Assembly (NCBI GenBank): GCA_013813435.1
Contig: JACCRS010000216.1
Span: 1 to 47,203, forward strand
DNA length: 47,203 nt
Reading direction: 5' to 3'
Source: Gemmatimonadales bacterium
Lineage (GTDB): Bacteria > Gemmatimonadota > Gemmatimonadetes > Gemmatimonadales > GWC2-71-9
Shown here: positions 1 through 10,109 of the stretch, in pieces
Layout: the number at the start of each line of letters is the position of its first letter
How positions within the stretch are numbered: the stretch's first letter is position 1
The notes under the pieces: generated by a model
Databases searched by the model: none
What the model saw: only the letters and a program-made list of their open reading frames with translations
What the model was told of the DNA's origin: nothing
Position numbers and translations under genes: made by a program

Positions 1-56
1 TCCTCTCAAATCCTCTGGAAGAATGCTCTCACTATCGATACTGGCCGCATGCACGC

Positions 57-1640
57 TTAGGCCGGTTGATGTTGTCTCCACCAGCGCTGCGCTTCTTCCT
101 GGCTCCAGGGCTCAGTCTGAATTTCCCCCAGCTCCCGGTCCAGCTCCGCCGCGGTCTGAGGCCGGCCCTCCGGGTTCTTCGTCAGGCATGAGAGCACCAG
201 CCGGTCGAGCGCGGGATCGATCTCGAGCTCGGTGCGCTGGGAGGGGGGAACCGGGTCCTCCTGTATGTGCTTTGCGATCACCTGCAGAGACGCACTACCC
301 TCGAAGACCAGTGTGCCGGTGAGCAGGTAGTATGCGACGCACCCCAGGGCGTACAGATCGGCACGCCCATCCACCTCCTGGCCCAGGGCAATCTCCGGTG
401 CCATGTAGGCCGGCGTTCCTGGCGTAAGCCCGGCGGCTGTGGCCATCGAGTCTTCACCGGTCAACCCGCCTACCGACTTGACCAGACCGAAATCGAGTAC
501 TTTGACGAAATCCTGCCGCAGTCCCAGGCGGCCCACGTGGATGTTGGCCGGCTTGATGTCCCGGTGCACCAGGCCGCTGGCATGCGCTTCCTCAAGTGAT
601 TCGCAAACCTGCCGCAGTATATGGATCACTCTCTTGGCCGGCAGCGGGCCCTCCCGCTGGACCAGGGTTTCGAGGTCCATACCCTGAAGCAGCTCCATTA
701 CGAAGTAGAGGACCCCGTCTTCGGTCACTCCGAAGTCGTAGAGCTCGACAGTGTGCGGTGATCTCAGATTAGCGGCGGCTTCCGCCTCCCGCCGGAAGCG
801 GGTTACCGCCAGCCCGGCACTCCCGCCACTGCGCTCGGCCAGCACCTCCGGCCGGATGAGCTTGATGGCGGCGGGGCGCGCGAGCATGCGGTGGGTGGCT
901 CGGTACACTTCACCCATCCCGCCACGTCCCAGCAACTCACCCAGTCGGTAGCTACCCATCTCCCGCTCCTTCGTCACCTGCTGTCCCAGGCGGGTCACGG
1001 CACCCGAGATGACGACGGCAACCCCGAGGAGCAGAAAGCTGGGATAGTGCATCAGAAAGGCGTTGCTGAGGGGGCCGAACTCGTACATGCCTGCGCTGCG
1101 CGCCAGCACCATACCGAGCGGGTCGAAAAGTACAGCGATCAACCCCGCCAGCAGCATCTTCACCGGCGGTGCCGGTACGATCGCGGCGAACATCAGAATC
1201 ACCGGACCCACCCAGCTGATCATAGGGTCCACGTCCACTGACTGGCGGGCGACCGGGCCAATATGATCTATCAGACCTAGGGCGAAGGCTGTGACCACCA
1301 TGTATGCCAGACCCAGGTCCATCACATGGGCTGGATTGCGACCGCTCTTTCGGAGGAAGAAGTACAGGGCCAGGGACACCGCGATGCTGGCTGCGGCTAT
1401 GACATCGGAAGCCTGGAGCTCGGTCCAGCGCGGATCGTCCGGATTCAGGGCATGAAAGGCGAAATGCGCCAGCGCGGGCGCGAGGAACCAGAGTCCTGCG
1501 CCGATCAGCGCTATGATCTGGAGCCGCCGCGAGACTTGGCGCAGCAAGTCGGCAGGGAGGCGTCGCGGCTGCTTCGGCGCGCTCTTGCTGTCCGCCGGGG
1601 TTTCTTTTGGTCGCTGGCAGATCAGCTTGGCTTGAGTCAT
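57..1640 (-). CDS. Ser/Thr protein kinase with N-terminal multi-pass membrane domain
   Basis: About 6 hydrophobic segments, then Hanks kinase motifs GRGGMGEV, AAIK, HRDIKPAN, DFG, GTPAYMAPE. Confidence 0.93.
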   Translation of the reverse strand: MTQAKLICQRPKETPADSKSAPKQPRRLPADLLRQVSRRLQIIALIGAGLWFLAPALAHFAFHALNPDDPRWTELQASDVIAAASIAVSLALYFFLRKSGRNPAHVMDLGLAYMVVTAFALGLIDHIGPVARQSVDVDPMISWVGPVILMFAAIVPAPPVKMLLAGLIAVLFDPLGMVLARSAGMYEFGPLSNAFLMHYPSFLLLGVAVVISGAVTRLGQQVTKEREMGSYRLGELLGRGGMGEVYRATHRMLARPAAIKLIRPEVLAERSGGSAGLAVTRFRREAEAAANLRSPHTVELYDFGVTEDGVLYFVMELLQGMDLETLVQREGPLPAKRVIHILRQVCESLEEAHASGLVHRDIKPANIHVGRLGLRQDFVKVLDFGLVKSVGGLTGEDSMATAAGLTPGTPAYMAPEIALGQEVDGRADLYALGCVAYYLLTGTLVFEGSASLQVIAKHIQEDPVPPSQRTELEIDPALDRLVLSCLTKNPEGRPQTAAELDRELGEIQTEPWSQEEAQRWWRQHQPA

Positions 1641-1748
1641 GAATGCGTCAGGGAAGGCGGGCTCGGGATCTTGGGATACCGAAAGCTATGCGCCGGGCTG
1701 ACTCTTTCAAACCGTGCGTGTCGGGCGAGACTGCTAGATTTGTGCTGA

Positions 1749-4652
1749 ATGAGTGACATCCCCGAGCGCCTCGCGGCCGCCCTCAGCGACCGGTACGTCG
1801 TGGATCGGGAGATCGGCGCCGGCGGCATGGCCACCGTATATCTAGCGCGCGACCTCCGCCACAAGCGGCTGGTGGCGCTGAAGGTCGTGCGCCCCGAGCT
1901 GGGCGGGCGCGAGGGGGTGGAGCGCTTCCTCCGCGAGATCGAGCTCGCCGCCCGTCTGCAGCACCCCCACATTCTTCCGGTCTTTGATTCCGGCGTCGTC
2001 AGTGATGAGGCTGGGGCTCCGACTCCGTATTTCGTCATGCCCTACGTCGAGGGTGAGACGTTGCGACAGCTGCTGCAGCGAGAAGGGCGTCTGCCGGTAG
2101 ACGCCGCCGTTACCATCGCTGGTGAGGTCGCGGATGCCCTGGCCTATGCCCACGGCAAGGGCGTGGTGCATCGCGACATCAAACCCGAGAACATATTGCT
2201 GAGCGGCGGGCACGCGGTCGTGGCCGACTTCGGCGTGGCCAAGGCACTGGAGCAGGGCACTGCGCCCGCGCCGGATGCCGCATCCACCCGCCTTACCCGG
2301 TCCGGGATGGCGATGGGCACGCCGCACTACATGAGCCCCGAACAGGCCACCGGCGACGCTGTGGTGGACGCCCGGTCCGACCAGTACAGCCTGGCCTGCG
2401 TGCTCTACGAGATGCTGGCTGGCGAGCCACCATTTGCCGGGACCACCGCGCAGACGATCATCGCCCGGAGCCTCACCGCGCCTCGCCCCCATGTCGGCCG
2501 CATCAGAGCTGGGGTCACTCCCGAGCTCGATGCCGTTGTGCTGAAAGCGCTGGCCCTGGAGCCGGCCGGCCGTTTTCCCGATATGGGGGCAATGCGGTCG
2601 GCGCTCCGCGGTGCTGGAGCGCCGGCGGTGTCGGGAGTGCGTCCGCGCTACCTGCTGGCCGGCGCATTGGCCGTTCTTGCTGTAGGGGGCGGCCTGTGGT
2701 TTACCACTCGAACCCCGGGGCAGACGGTTGCGGCGGCGGTCGAGATGCTGGCGGTGCTCCCCTTCCACACCTCAGGTCCTGGGGTCGAGTTCCTGGGCGA
2801 AGGAATGGTGGACCTTCTTTCCACCAACCTGCGTGGGGTAGGCGGCATCAACACGGTAGATCCCCGTTCGGTACTCAAGCGCTGGGGCGGCGCGGGGAGG
2901 AGGGGTTCGGATGAGGTCGCGCGGGCAGTAGCCGTGGGGCGCGATCTAGATGCCGGCTCGGTGGTGCTGGGAAGCGTGGTCTCTACCGGTGGGAGGGTGC
3001 GGGTCGCGGCCGACCTCTACAGCATTGCCGGCGAGCGAATCGGCCGAGCGCAGGTGGACGCTGCGGCGGACAGCGTGCTGGGCGCGGTGGACCGGTTGAG
3101 CCTGGCGCTGCTGCGCGACGTCTGGCGATCCAAAGAACCGATCCCGAACATGCGGCTCGCCTCGCTTACCACCGACTCGATCGACGCGCTGCGCTCCTAT
3201 CTCCAGGGCGAACAATATTACCGCCGGACGGAGTGGGATTCAGCGCTGACTGCCTACACCCGGGCGGTGGAGACCGACTCCACCTTTGCCCTGGCCCATC
3301 TCCGGCGGGCCCAGGTCTTCGGGTGGATCGGGGGGTACGGCAACAAGGACGCCCACGACGCCGTTGCCGCCGGGGTTCGCTTTGCCCAGCGCCTGCCTCC
3401 CCGCGACCGGCGGCTTCTGGCAGGGTATCAGCTGTTCGATCGGGGGAAGCCCGCGTCGATCGATTCGCTGCGCGCCTTTGTCGCCGAGTTTCCTGAGGAC
3501 GTCGAGGGCTGGTTCCTGCTGGGCGAGGCGATGTTCCACACCAAGAGCTTCCGGCCCAGCGCGCCGGACTCCATTGCCGCGGTATTTGACAGCGTGCTGC
3601 GGCGGGATTCGACCCTGTTTCCTGCGCTGATCCACCCGCTCGAGCTGGCGCTCATGTACCGGGATACCGCCCAGTTCGCGCGCTACTTCCCGGCGTTCGC
3701 CGGGACGGCGCCGCCTGCCAAGGTGAGCGCGTTACGCACCGCAGCCAACCTGGTCTGGGGGCCGCCACCGACCGACAAGGCCCTGGGCGCCGCATTCGTG
3801 GAGCAGGGGTCGTGGCTGATTCAGTCGACGAGCTCGGCCTATCACTGGGACCAAGCCTCCTCGGACTCCATTGTGCGGCGGTTCGCGATGGTGCAGAGGG
3901 CGGGGCCCCGGTCGACCCAGTTTATGGCGGCGGCGCTGGCGGCGAGGAGCCATATGCTCGCCGGCATGGGGCGGTGGCGGGAGGCGCGGATGCTGCTGGA
4001 TTCTCTCTCGCCGCTCGACCGGGAGGAGGCACTGGGAGTCCAGGCCTGGGCGACGGCGCTGGGGCTCGCGCCCACCTCATCTGCCGGCTTCATGGATTCG
4101 GCGGTAGCGGCGTTGCCCCCCGGTCCGGAGGCCGAGTACGGGAGGGCGATGGTCCAGCTGCTGCGCGGTCAGGTGCCGGAGGGCCGGCGCCGGCTGGCTC
4201 GCGCGCTGGCCGACTCGGCCCGGATGTCGCCGCTTGATCGCGGGCTGATGGTGGCGGCCGACGGCTGGGGTGCCTTGATGCAGGGCGACACGGTCCTAGG
4301 TCTGGCGCGGCTCCGGTCGGGTCTGGACCAGGTGGCGGCGCCGGGAGTGGCGCAGGAGAGTGGGTTTCTCCGGCTTCAACTGGCACTGGCCCTGGCGGCG
4401 CGTACGGATACCCGGGCGGAAGGAATCCGGTACCTGCGCTACGGGTTCGACACCCAGCCGCTCTACCTGCCGCTCACTCAGCTGGCGCTGGGACGCACCT
4501 ACGAGGCGGCGGGGCAGCGCGACTCGGCGGCGGTGGCGTATGGCCGGTTTCTCCGGTTGTGGGATAAGGCCGATCCAGAGTTGCAGGGCAGGGTGAGAGA
4601 GGCAAGCGAGGTGTTGCAGGAGCTGAGCCGTGAGCGGCCGAGGTCACCGTAA
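1749..4652 (+). CDS. Ser/Thr protein kinase with TM segment, TolB-N-like region and TPR-like C-terminus
   Basis: GAGGMATV, VALK, HRDIKPEN, DFG, GTPHYMSPE; TM YLLAGALAVLAVGGGLWF; LAVLPF motif; helical Ala/Leu-rich repeats. Confidence 0.92.
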   Translation: MSDIPERLAAALSDRYVVDREIGAGGMATVYLARDLRHKRLVALKVVRPELGGREGVERFLREIELAARLQHPHILPVFDSGVVSDEAGAPTPYFVMPYVEGETLRQLLQREGRLPVDAAVTIAGEVADALAYAHGKGVVHRDIKPENILLSGGHAVVADFGVAKALEQGTAPAPDAASTRLTRSGMAMGTPHYMSPEQATGDAVVDARSDQYSLACVLYEMLAGEPPFAGTTAQTIIARSLTAPRPHVGRIRAGVTPELDAVVLKALALEPAGRFPDMGAMRSALRGAGAPAVSGVRPRYLLAGALAVLAVGGGLWFTTRTPGQTVAAAVEMLAVLPFHTSGPGVEFLGEGMVDLLSTNLRGVGGINTVDPRSVLKRWGGAGRRGSDEVARAVAVGRDLDAGSVVLGSVVSTGGRVRVAADLYSIAGERIGRAQVDAAADSVLGAVDRLSLALLRDVWRSKEPIPNMRLASLTTDSIDALRSYLQGEQYYRRTEWDSALTAYTRAVETDSTFALAHLRRAQVFGWIGGYGNKDAHDAVAAGVRFAQRLPPRDRRLLAGYQLFDRGKPASIDSLRAFVAEFPEDVEGWFLLGEAMFHTKSFRPSAPDSIAAVFDSVLRRDSTLFPALIHPLELALMYRDTAQFARYFPAFAGTAPPAKVSALRTAANLVWGPPPTDKALGAAFVEQGSWLIQSTSSAYHWDQASSDSIVRRFAMVQRAGPRSTQFMAAALAARSHMLAGMGRWREARMLLDSLSPLDREEALGVQAWATALGLAPTSSAGFMDSAVAALPPGPEAEYGRAMVQLLRGQVPEGRRRLARALADSARMSPLDRGLMVAADGWGALMQGDTVLGLARLRSGLDQVAAPGVAQESGFLRLQLALALAARTDTRAEGIRYLRYGFDTQPLYLPLTQLALGRTYEAAGQRDSAAVAYGRFLRLWDKADPELQGRVREASEVLQELSRERPRSP

Positions 4653-5637
4653 ATTGAGCCCAGCGCCCGCCAAGAATGGCCCCAGCAAGAACGAGGGGAA
4701 GCCACGACGCAAGAAGAAAGCGGAAGCCGAGCCCCGATCCCGCGGCATCGCTCCCGACGCCATCGGCTCTGGTAGCCCGCCCGCGGCCATAACCCGGCTG
4801 GCCGAGGCGATCGAGGCTGACGGCGGGAGCGTTCTCGCCCCATACAGGGATCCACTCGGCGGGAACTGGCAGATCTTCGCCGCACTCCCCATCGATCTGG
4901 TCGAGCCCACCCCTTACCAACGTGATCTCTCCAAACCCCATGTCGAGCGTCTCTCCGTCGCCATGGACAAGCTCGGCCGCTACCTCGACCCCATGATCGT
5001 GGTCCGGTCAGACCAGGGAAATTACTGGACCCCCAACGGCAATCACCGGCTGGCCGCCCTCCGCCAGCTCGGTGTTAAGTCGGTCGTCGCCATCGTGGTG
5101 CCGGACATGGAGGTGGCCCACCGAATCCTGCTGCTCAACACCGAGAAAGCGCACAACCTGCGTGAGCGCTCCCTCGAGGTGATCCGCCTGGCCCAACTGC
5201 TGGCCCAAAGCGAGACCCGACCCGAGAAGGACTACGAGATCGAGTTCGAGGAGCCGGCCCTCCTGACGCTCGGGCTCTGCTACCAGGAGAACGGCCGCTT
5301 TGCCGGTGGTGCGTATCACCCGATCCTGCGCCGAGTCGAGCAGTGGGAGTCATCCGCGCTGCCCAAGGCGCTGGAGACGAGGCGGGAGCGGGCGGCCCGG
5401 GTGCTCGAGGTTGACGCGGCTGTGAGCGAGGCTATGAAGAAGCTGAAGGAGCGTGGGTTCGAGAGCCCCTATCTCCGGCCTTTCGTGGTGGCCCGGATCA
5501 ACCCGATTCGATTCAAGCGCGGCGCAGCGGACGTGGATGAGGTGATCGATACCATGCTGGCCTCGGCCCGGAAGTTCGACGCCGGACGGGTGCGGGCTGA
5601 TCAGGTTGCCAAGGCAGGGGGAGCGCCGGAGGAGTAG
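4630..5637 (+). CDS. ParB/Srx N-terminal domain protein (orphan)
   Basis: PIDLVEPTPYQR...LDPMIVV...TPNGNHRLAAL resembles the ParB/Srx core; start is GTG 4630 or in-frame TTG 4654. Confidence 0.75.
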   Translation: MSGRGHRKLSPAPAKNGPSKNEGKPRRKKKAEAEPRSRGIAPDAIGSGSPPAAITRLAEAIEADGGSVLAPYRDPLGGNWQIFAALPIDLVEPTPYQRDLSKPHVERLSVAMDKLGRYLDPMIVVRSDQGNYWTPNGNHRLAALRQLGVKSVVAIVVPDMEVAHRILLLNTEKAHNLRERSLEVIRLAQLLAQSETRPEKDYEIEFEEPALLTLGLCYQENGRFAGGAYHPILRRVEQWESSALPKALETRRERAARVLEVDAAVSEAMKKLKERGFESPYLRPFVVARINPIRFKRGAADVDEVIDTMLASARKFDAGRVRADQVAKAGGAPEE

Positions 5638-5744
5638 AGAGGTAGGAGGGAAGGCGGGAACTCCAAGGCCTTCCAGGACTCCGTTAACTAGCACCCGCGC
5701 TCCTACTGACCTGCCCGCTTTCCCGCCTACCCGCGTCCCCGCTT
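5638..5744. repeat. Inverted octamer-repeat arms (GGNAGG-rich left arm; right arm (CCTNCCCG)n)
   Basis: ggtaggagggaaggcgggaa ... cctgcccg ctttcccg cctacccg cgtccccg. Confidence 0.7.
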
Positions 5745-5778
5745 ATACTTGCATTTCCTCCGTGTGGAGACACGCCTC

Positions 5779-6732
5779 ATGTTCCGGCACCACCCAATAC
5801 CATTCCTGACTTTGACTGCCGCCTTTGCGGTGGGCTCGGCCGCCTGCAGCCCCCGCGACACCGCCGACCGCAGTGCCAGCGTGGGCGACACCGCCGCCGC
5901 CGGCGACAAGTCCGCGGCCGGCTCTCGCATGGCAACCAAGACCGGCGAAGTCCGCGACCTCCAGGCCCCCGAGGCCGCGCGCTGGGACTTCGACCAGAAC
6001 GTCTGGTTCGTGGCCAACATCAACGGCGATCCCTTCGGCAAGGACAACAACGGCTTCATCGCCCGGCTCACCGCCGACGGCAAGGTGGACTCGCTCAAGT
6101 TCATCGCCGGGGGCAGGAGCGGCGCCACCCTGAACGCACCGAAGGGAATGGCGATAACCGGTGACACTCTCTGGGTGGCCGACATCGATGCCGTTCGCGC
6201 ATTCAACAAGCGCACCGGGGCACCTGCCGGCTCGGTGAGGGTGCCCGGCGCCAAGTTCCTCAATGACATCACCGCAGGGCCGGACGGCACGCTGTACATC
6301 ACCGATTCCGGCCTGGGTCCCAACTTCTCACACCCGGGGCCCGACCGCATCTACCAGATCAAGAGCGGCAAGGCCACGGTGGCCTTCGAGTCGCCCGACC
6401 TCGCAGCGCCCAACGGCATCACGTTCATGGACGACGCACTGCTGGTGGTGCCGTTCATGGGCACCAACCTGGTTGCCTGGAGCCCAGGGGAGAAATCCGT
6501 ACGGACCATCGGCACCGGACCGGGCCAGCAGGATGGAATCGAGATCCTGCCCGACAACCGCTTGCTGGTCACCAGCTGGACCGACTCCAGCCTGTTCCTG
6601 GTGGATGACGGCAAGGCAACCAGGATCGCCCACCCGGTTCCCTCCCCGGCGGACATCGGATTCGACGGCAAGTCACGGGTGGCCGTCCCGCTCCTGATGG
6701 AGAACCGGGTCGAGTTCTGGGAGCTACCATGA
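5779..6732 (+). CDS. SMP-30/gluconolactonase-like beta-propeller lipoprotein
   Basis: Lipobox SAAC; motifs APE, NAPKGM, FLNDI, APNGI, DGI, PADIG; ATG 5779 follows GGAGA. Confidence 0.8.
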   Translation: MFRHHPIPFLTLTAAFAVGSAACSPRDTADRSASVGDTAAAGDKSAAGSRMATKTGEVRDLQAPEAARWDFDQNVWFVANINGDPFGKDNNGFIARLTADGKVDSLKFIAGGRSGATLNAPKGMAITGDTLWVADIDAVRAFNKRTGAPAGSVRVPGAKFLNDITAGPDGTLYITDSGLGPNFSHPGPDRIYQIKSGKATVAFESPDLAAPNGITFMDDALLVVPFMGTNLVAWSPGEKSVRTIGTGPGQQDGIEILPDNRLLVTSWTDSSLFLVDDGKATRIAHPVPSPADIGFDGKSRVAVPLLMENRVEFWELP

Positions 6733-7598
6733 GAACCCTGCGTGCTCGGGCCGGTGCGGCCGCTACCTACGTTCTCATCGGACTGCTGGCGCTTCTGATC
6801 GGCGCGGCGGCGATGTGGACCTACAAAGGTGAAAGGGGCGAATCAGCCCTGAGCACTGCGCGTACCGCACCGGGGCAGTCGATGACTCCGGTGCAGCCGG
6901 ACTCGGTCACCACCCACGGCGAGTGGATCTCGATCAAGCGGGGCCGGGATTCGATTCGAGCCTACGTGGCCTATCCCGAGCGGAAGACCAAGGCGCCGGC
7001 CGTCATCGTGATCCACGAGATCTATGGCCTGACCAAGTGGGAGCCGACCGTGGCCGATCGGTTGGCCAAGGAAGGCTACGTTGCCATCCTGCCCGACCTG
7101 CTGTCCTCAAAGCACGGAATCACTCCCGCCGATCCCGATTCCGCCCGCAAGCTGGTGGGACAGCTGGAGCCCAAACGGGTGACCGCCGACCTCGATGCGG
7201 TCTACGCCTACGTGAACAACTTGCCATCCGTCGACCGGGACCGGGTCGGCACCATCGGATTCTGCTGGGGCGGTGGGGAGAGCTTCCGCTATGCCACTAG
7301 CAACCCAAACCTGCGGGCAGCCGTGGTCGCCTACGGTCCCGCTCCCGACACCGCAGCGATGAAGCGGATTCAGGCGCCAGTGCTCGGCATCTACGGCGAG
7401 AACGATGAACGGATCAACGCCAACCTTCCCGACGTCGTGGCGGTGATGCAGTCCGCGGGCAAGACGTTCACATCCGAGGTGTATCCCGCCACCGGGCACG
7501 GCTTCCTGAAGCCGGGCCGGCAGGGGTACGACACACCGGAGCGGGAGAAGGCGTGGACCCGAATCCTGGAGTTTTATCGGGCCAGGCTGGGGAAATAA
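6729..7598 (+). CDS. Dienelactone hydrolase family protein, membrane-anchored
   Basis: VIHEIYG, nucleophile GFCWGG, YGENDERI, GHGF; ATGA overlap with upstream gene. Confidence 0.9.
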   Translation: MRTLRARAGAAATYVLIGLLALLIGAAAMWTYKGERGESALSTARTAPGQSMTPVQPDSVTTHGEWISIKRGRDSIRAYVAYPERKTKAPAVIVIHEIYGLTKWEPTVADRLAKEGYVAILPDLLSSKHGITPADPDSARKLVGQLEPKRVTADLDAVYAYVNNLPSVDRDRVGTIGFCWGGGESFRYATSNPNLRAAVVAYGPAPDTAAMKRIQAPVLGIYGENDERINANLPDVVAVMQSAGKTFTSEVYPATGHGFLKPGRQGYDTPEREKAWTRILEFYRARLGK

Positions 7599-7722
7599 AA
7601 GCGTAAGCGGGAAGGAACAGCGTGAGAGGTAAGCGGGAACACTATGCAGCCTGGGCAGACATTCTTTAGCAGGGGTGTTTCCCGCTCACGCTTCTGCTTT
7701 CCCCGCTCACCGCTTACGCTTT
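7598..7722. repeat. Long imperfect inverted repeat of GCGTRAGCGG/CCGCTYACGC units
   Basis: aaagcgtaagcgg (7598-7610) is the exact reverse complement of ccgcttacgcttt (7710-7722); inner pair gcgggaacac / gtgtttcccgc. Confidence 0.85.
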
Positions 7723-7726
7723 GCTC

Positions 7727-9286
7727 ATGATCCCCCTCCTCCTGCTGCTGCAAGCGGCGCCGCCGCACGATGCGCTGCACTACGACATCACCCTGATCCC
7801 GAGCGACACCGGCACCCATGTGCTCGGGGAGGTGCAGATCACCTGGCGGCTCGGCTCCACCGCACCGGTCAGAATGCAGCTCGACTCCTCCATGCGGGTC
7901 ATCCGGGTTCTGGTGGACGGCAAGCCCAACACCCGGCTCTCGCGCACGATGTACGCCCGGTCCTCCACCGACATCGACGTCCCCCACCAGAAGCAGCCAG
8001 GAGACTCGATCAGCACCCGGGTACGCTACCGCGGCTTCCCCACTGATGGCCTCATCATCGGCAAGAATGCCTACGGTGAGCGCACCACCTTCGCCGACAA
8101 CTGGCCCAACCGGGCCCACCACTGGTTTCCCACGCCGGATGTCCCGGGAGACAAGGCAGCAGTTTCATTCCACGTCCAGGTGCCGCTCGGTCAACAGGTG
8201 ATCGCCAACGGCGTCCTGGCAAAAATCGATACGCTGCCCTACGGCCATGCGGTGTGGCACTACAACCTGAACACGCCGGTACCGGTTTACACCATGGTGG
8301 TGGGGATAGGACGTCTGGCGCGCACGCCACTCCCCGACGCCGGCTGTGGGGTGAAATGCGTTCCGCTCTCGGTCTGGAGCTACCCCCAAGACTCGGCCTA
8401 CGCCGCCGGCACCGCCTTCGGCCGGGCGGGGCAGATGGTGGATTACTTCAGCAGACTGATCGGCCCGTTTCCCTATCCCGCGCTGGCGCATGTCCAGTCG
8501 ACCACCCGCTACGGCGGGATGGAGAACTCGACCGCGATCTTCTACGATGGGAAGCTCTACCGGGACAAGAAGCTGGGGGAGCCGCTAGTGGCCCACGAAA
8601 CGGCTCACCAATGGTTCGGCGACGCCGTAACCATACGAGAGTGGCCCCACCTGTGGCTCTCCGAGGGGTTTGCCACCTACCTCTCGGCGCTCTGGACTGC
8701 AGATACTCAAGGCGACAGCGCATTTCGAGCGAGGATGAGAAATGCCGCGCTGACCATTTATAAGTCGCCGGACACCGAGCGGGGGGTGGTGGACTCGGCC
8801 ACTTCCGACCTGACGGAGCTGCTCAACAGCAACAGCTACCAGAAAGGAGCCTGGGTCCTGCATCAGCTCCGAGGGATGCTGGGCGACTCCGTCTTCTTCG
8901 GCGGTCTGCGCAGCTATTACGCTGCCTACCGCGACAGTACCGTGGTGTCGTCGGATTTCGCCCGGATAATGTCCGAGGCGGCGGGCCGCGATCTCGACTG
9001 GTATTTCCGGCAGGCACTGACGCAGCCCGGCTATCCGATACTCGACATCCGATGGATGCACAAAGGACAGAAGCTGACGATCCAGGTAGACCAGAGTCAG
9101 AAGACGGGATGGGGAGCTTACCGCATCCCCAACCTGCAGCTGCTGATCGACGGGAAAGTGGTACCCATTGAGGTGCAGGGTCGTACCACGAGAACGGCGA
9201 TCGATGGCGTTACCCGGCCCAAGAGGATCGATGTGGATCCGGACGGATGGTGGCTTCTCAAGAGTACAGTGAGAAGTGAGAAGTAA
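7727..9286 (+). CDS. M1 family metallo-aminopeptidase, secreted
   Basis: GGMEN, HETAHQWFG, WLSEGFA, YQKGAWVLH; short signal peptide. Confidence 0.93.
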   Translation: MIPLLLLLQAAPPHDALHYDITLIPSDTGTHVLGEVQITWRLGSTAPVRMQLDSSMRVIRVLVDGKPNTRLSRTMYARSSTDIDVPHQKQPGDSISTRVRYRGFPTDGLIIGKNAYGERTTFADNWPNRAHHWFPTPDVPGDKAAVSFHVQVPLGQQVIANGVLAKIDTLPYGHAVWHYNLNTPVPVYTMVVGIGRLARTPLPDAGCGVKCVPLSVWSYPQDSAYAAGTAFGRAGQMVDYFSRLIGPFPYPALAHVQSTTRYGGMENSTAIFYDGKLYRDKKLGEPLVAHETAHQWFGDAVTIREWPHLWLSEGFATYLSALWTADTQGDSAFRARMRNAALTIYKSPDTERGVVDSATSDLTELLNSNSYQKGAWVLHQLRGMLGDSVFFGGLRSYYAAYRDSTVVSSDFARIMSEAAGRDLDWYFRQALTQPGYPILDIRWMHKGQKLTIQVDQSQKTGWGAYRIPNLQLLIDGKVVPIEVQGRTTRTAIDGVTRPKRIDVDPDGWWLLKSTVRSEK

Positions 9287-9378
9287 GAAGGGTTGTCACC
9301 TTCGCTACGCCACGGCTCAGGGGGACAAACATTTTTCCCGCTCACCGCTCACGCCTTTGCTCTTCCCGCTCACTCTTC
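9269..9378. repeat. Junction repeat: (GTGAGAA)n left arm, REP-like hairpin, CCGCTCAC right arm
   Basis: gtgagaa gtgagaa gtaagaa; ttgtcaccttcgctacgccacggctcagggggacaa; tttcccgctcaccgctcacgcctttgctcttcccgctcac. Confidence 0.7.
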
Positions 9379-10109
9379 TTCTCATCGCCGCCTGCGATCC
9401 GACGCTGCCGCCTCTGCGCGGCCAGATGGAGATCGGGCAGGACGGTTATGGCGTCTTCGTCGGAGGTCCAGCACTCAACGGCGACCTTTACGCGGTCCGG
9501 CCCGATGGTGGGCCACCGGTTCGAATCACTTTCACCAACGTCGCCGAGCTGTGGCCCGCGCTCTCGCCTGATGGCGGGGGGCTGGCATTTCTTCGAGGCA
9601 CATCGCTGCGTGACTCGACGCCGGCGACGGTCTGGCTGATGAACCTGCTGAGCGGTGCCGAGCGGGAGATGGCGCTTCCCAGGGGTGCCGGGCCGCCGGT
9701 CAGGGTAGGCTGGGAGCCGGGTGGGAGCTCATTGATTGTATCCACCGCGGATGGATTCTACCGGATCAGTACACCCCCGGCGGCGCCCGATGCGCGCCCG
9801 GTCCCGCCCCCGGAACGGGCAGAGGCCGAATCGAGCCTGGCGGTGCTGTTGGGAGATCCGGTATTTGCCGGCGTCGTGCGGTGCGAGAACGCCGCTGATC
9901 TCTGCGTAAGCGGCGACAGTGGCTCCGCGCTACTGGCCCGCGGGGCGCGCGACCCGGTGCGGTGGGGTTCGGACTCGGTCGGGTTCTTCGTTGGCGACAA
10001 TTTCGAGATTCGCCCGTTGCGTGCCGGACGCCCGCGCCGGCTGACGTGGTCCAGGCCGCCGGAGCGGCCGCGGGAGATGACGTTCTTTTCTGGAAAGCGT
10101 GAGCGGTAA
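9276..10109 (+). CDS. Hypothetical lipoprotein with TolB-like (PD40) repeats
   Basis: Lipobox IAAC; DLYAVRPDGG, PALSPDGGGLAF; start codon uncertain. Confidence 0.7.
   Translation: MRSKKGCHLRYATAQGDKHFSRSPLTPLLFPLTLLLIAACDPTLPPLRGQMEIGQDGYGVFVGGPALNGDLYAVRPDGGPPVRITFTNVAELWPALSPDGGGLAFLRGTSLRDSTPATVWLMNLLSGAEREMALPRGAGPPVRVGWEPGGSSLIVSTADGFYRISTPPAAPDARPVPPPERAEAESSLAVLLGDPVFAGVVRCENAADLCVSGDSGSALLARGARDPVRWGSDSVGFFVGDNFEIRPLRAGRPRRLTWSRPPERPREMTFFSGKRER

Noticed and set aside
1-22. tcctct repeat at the window edge
   Set aside because: Only two partial units are visible, too little to call
9518-9530. GGTTCGAATC tRNA T-loop-like motif (similar one near 29759)
   Set aside because: Inside coding sequence with no cloverleaf
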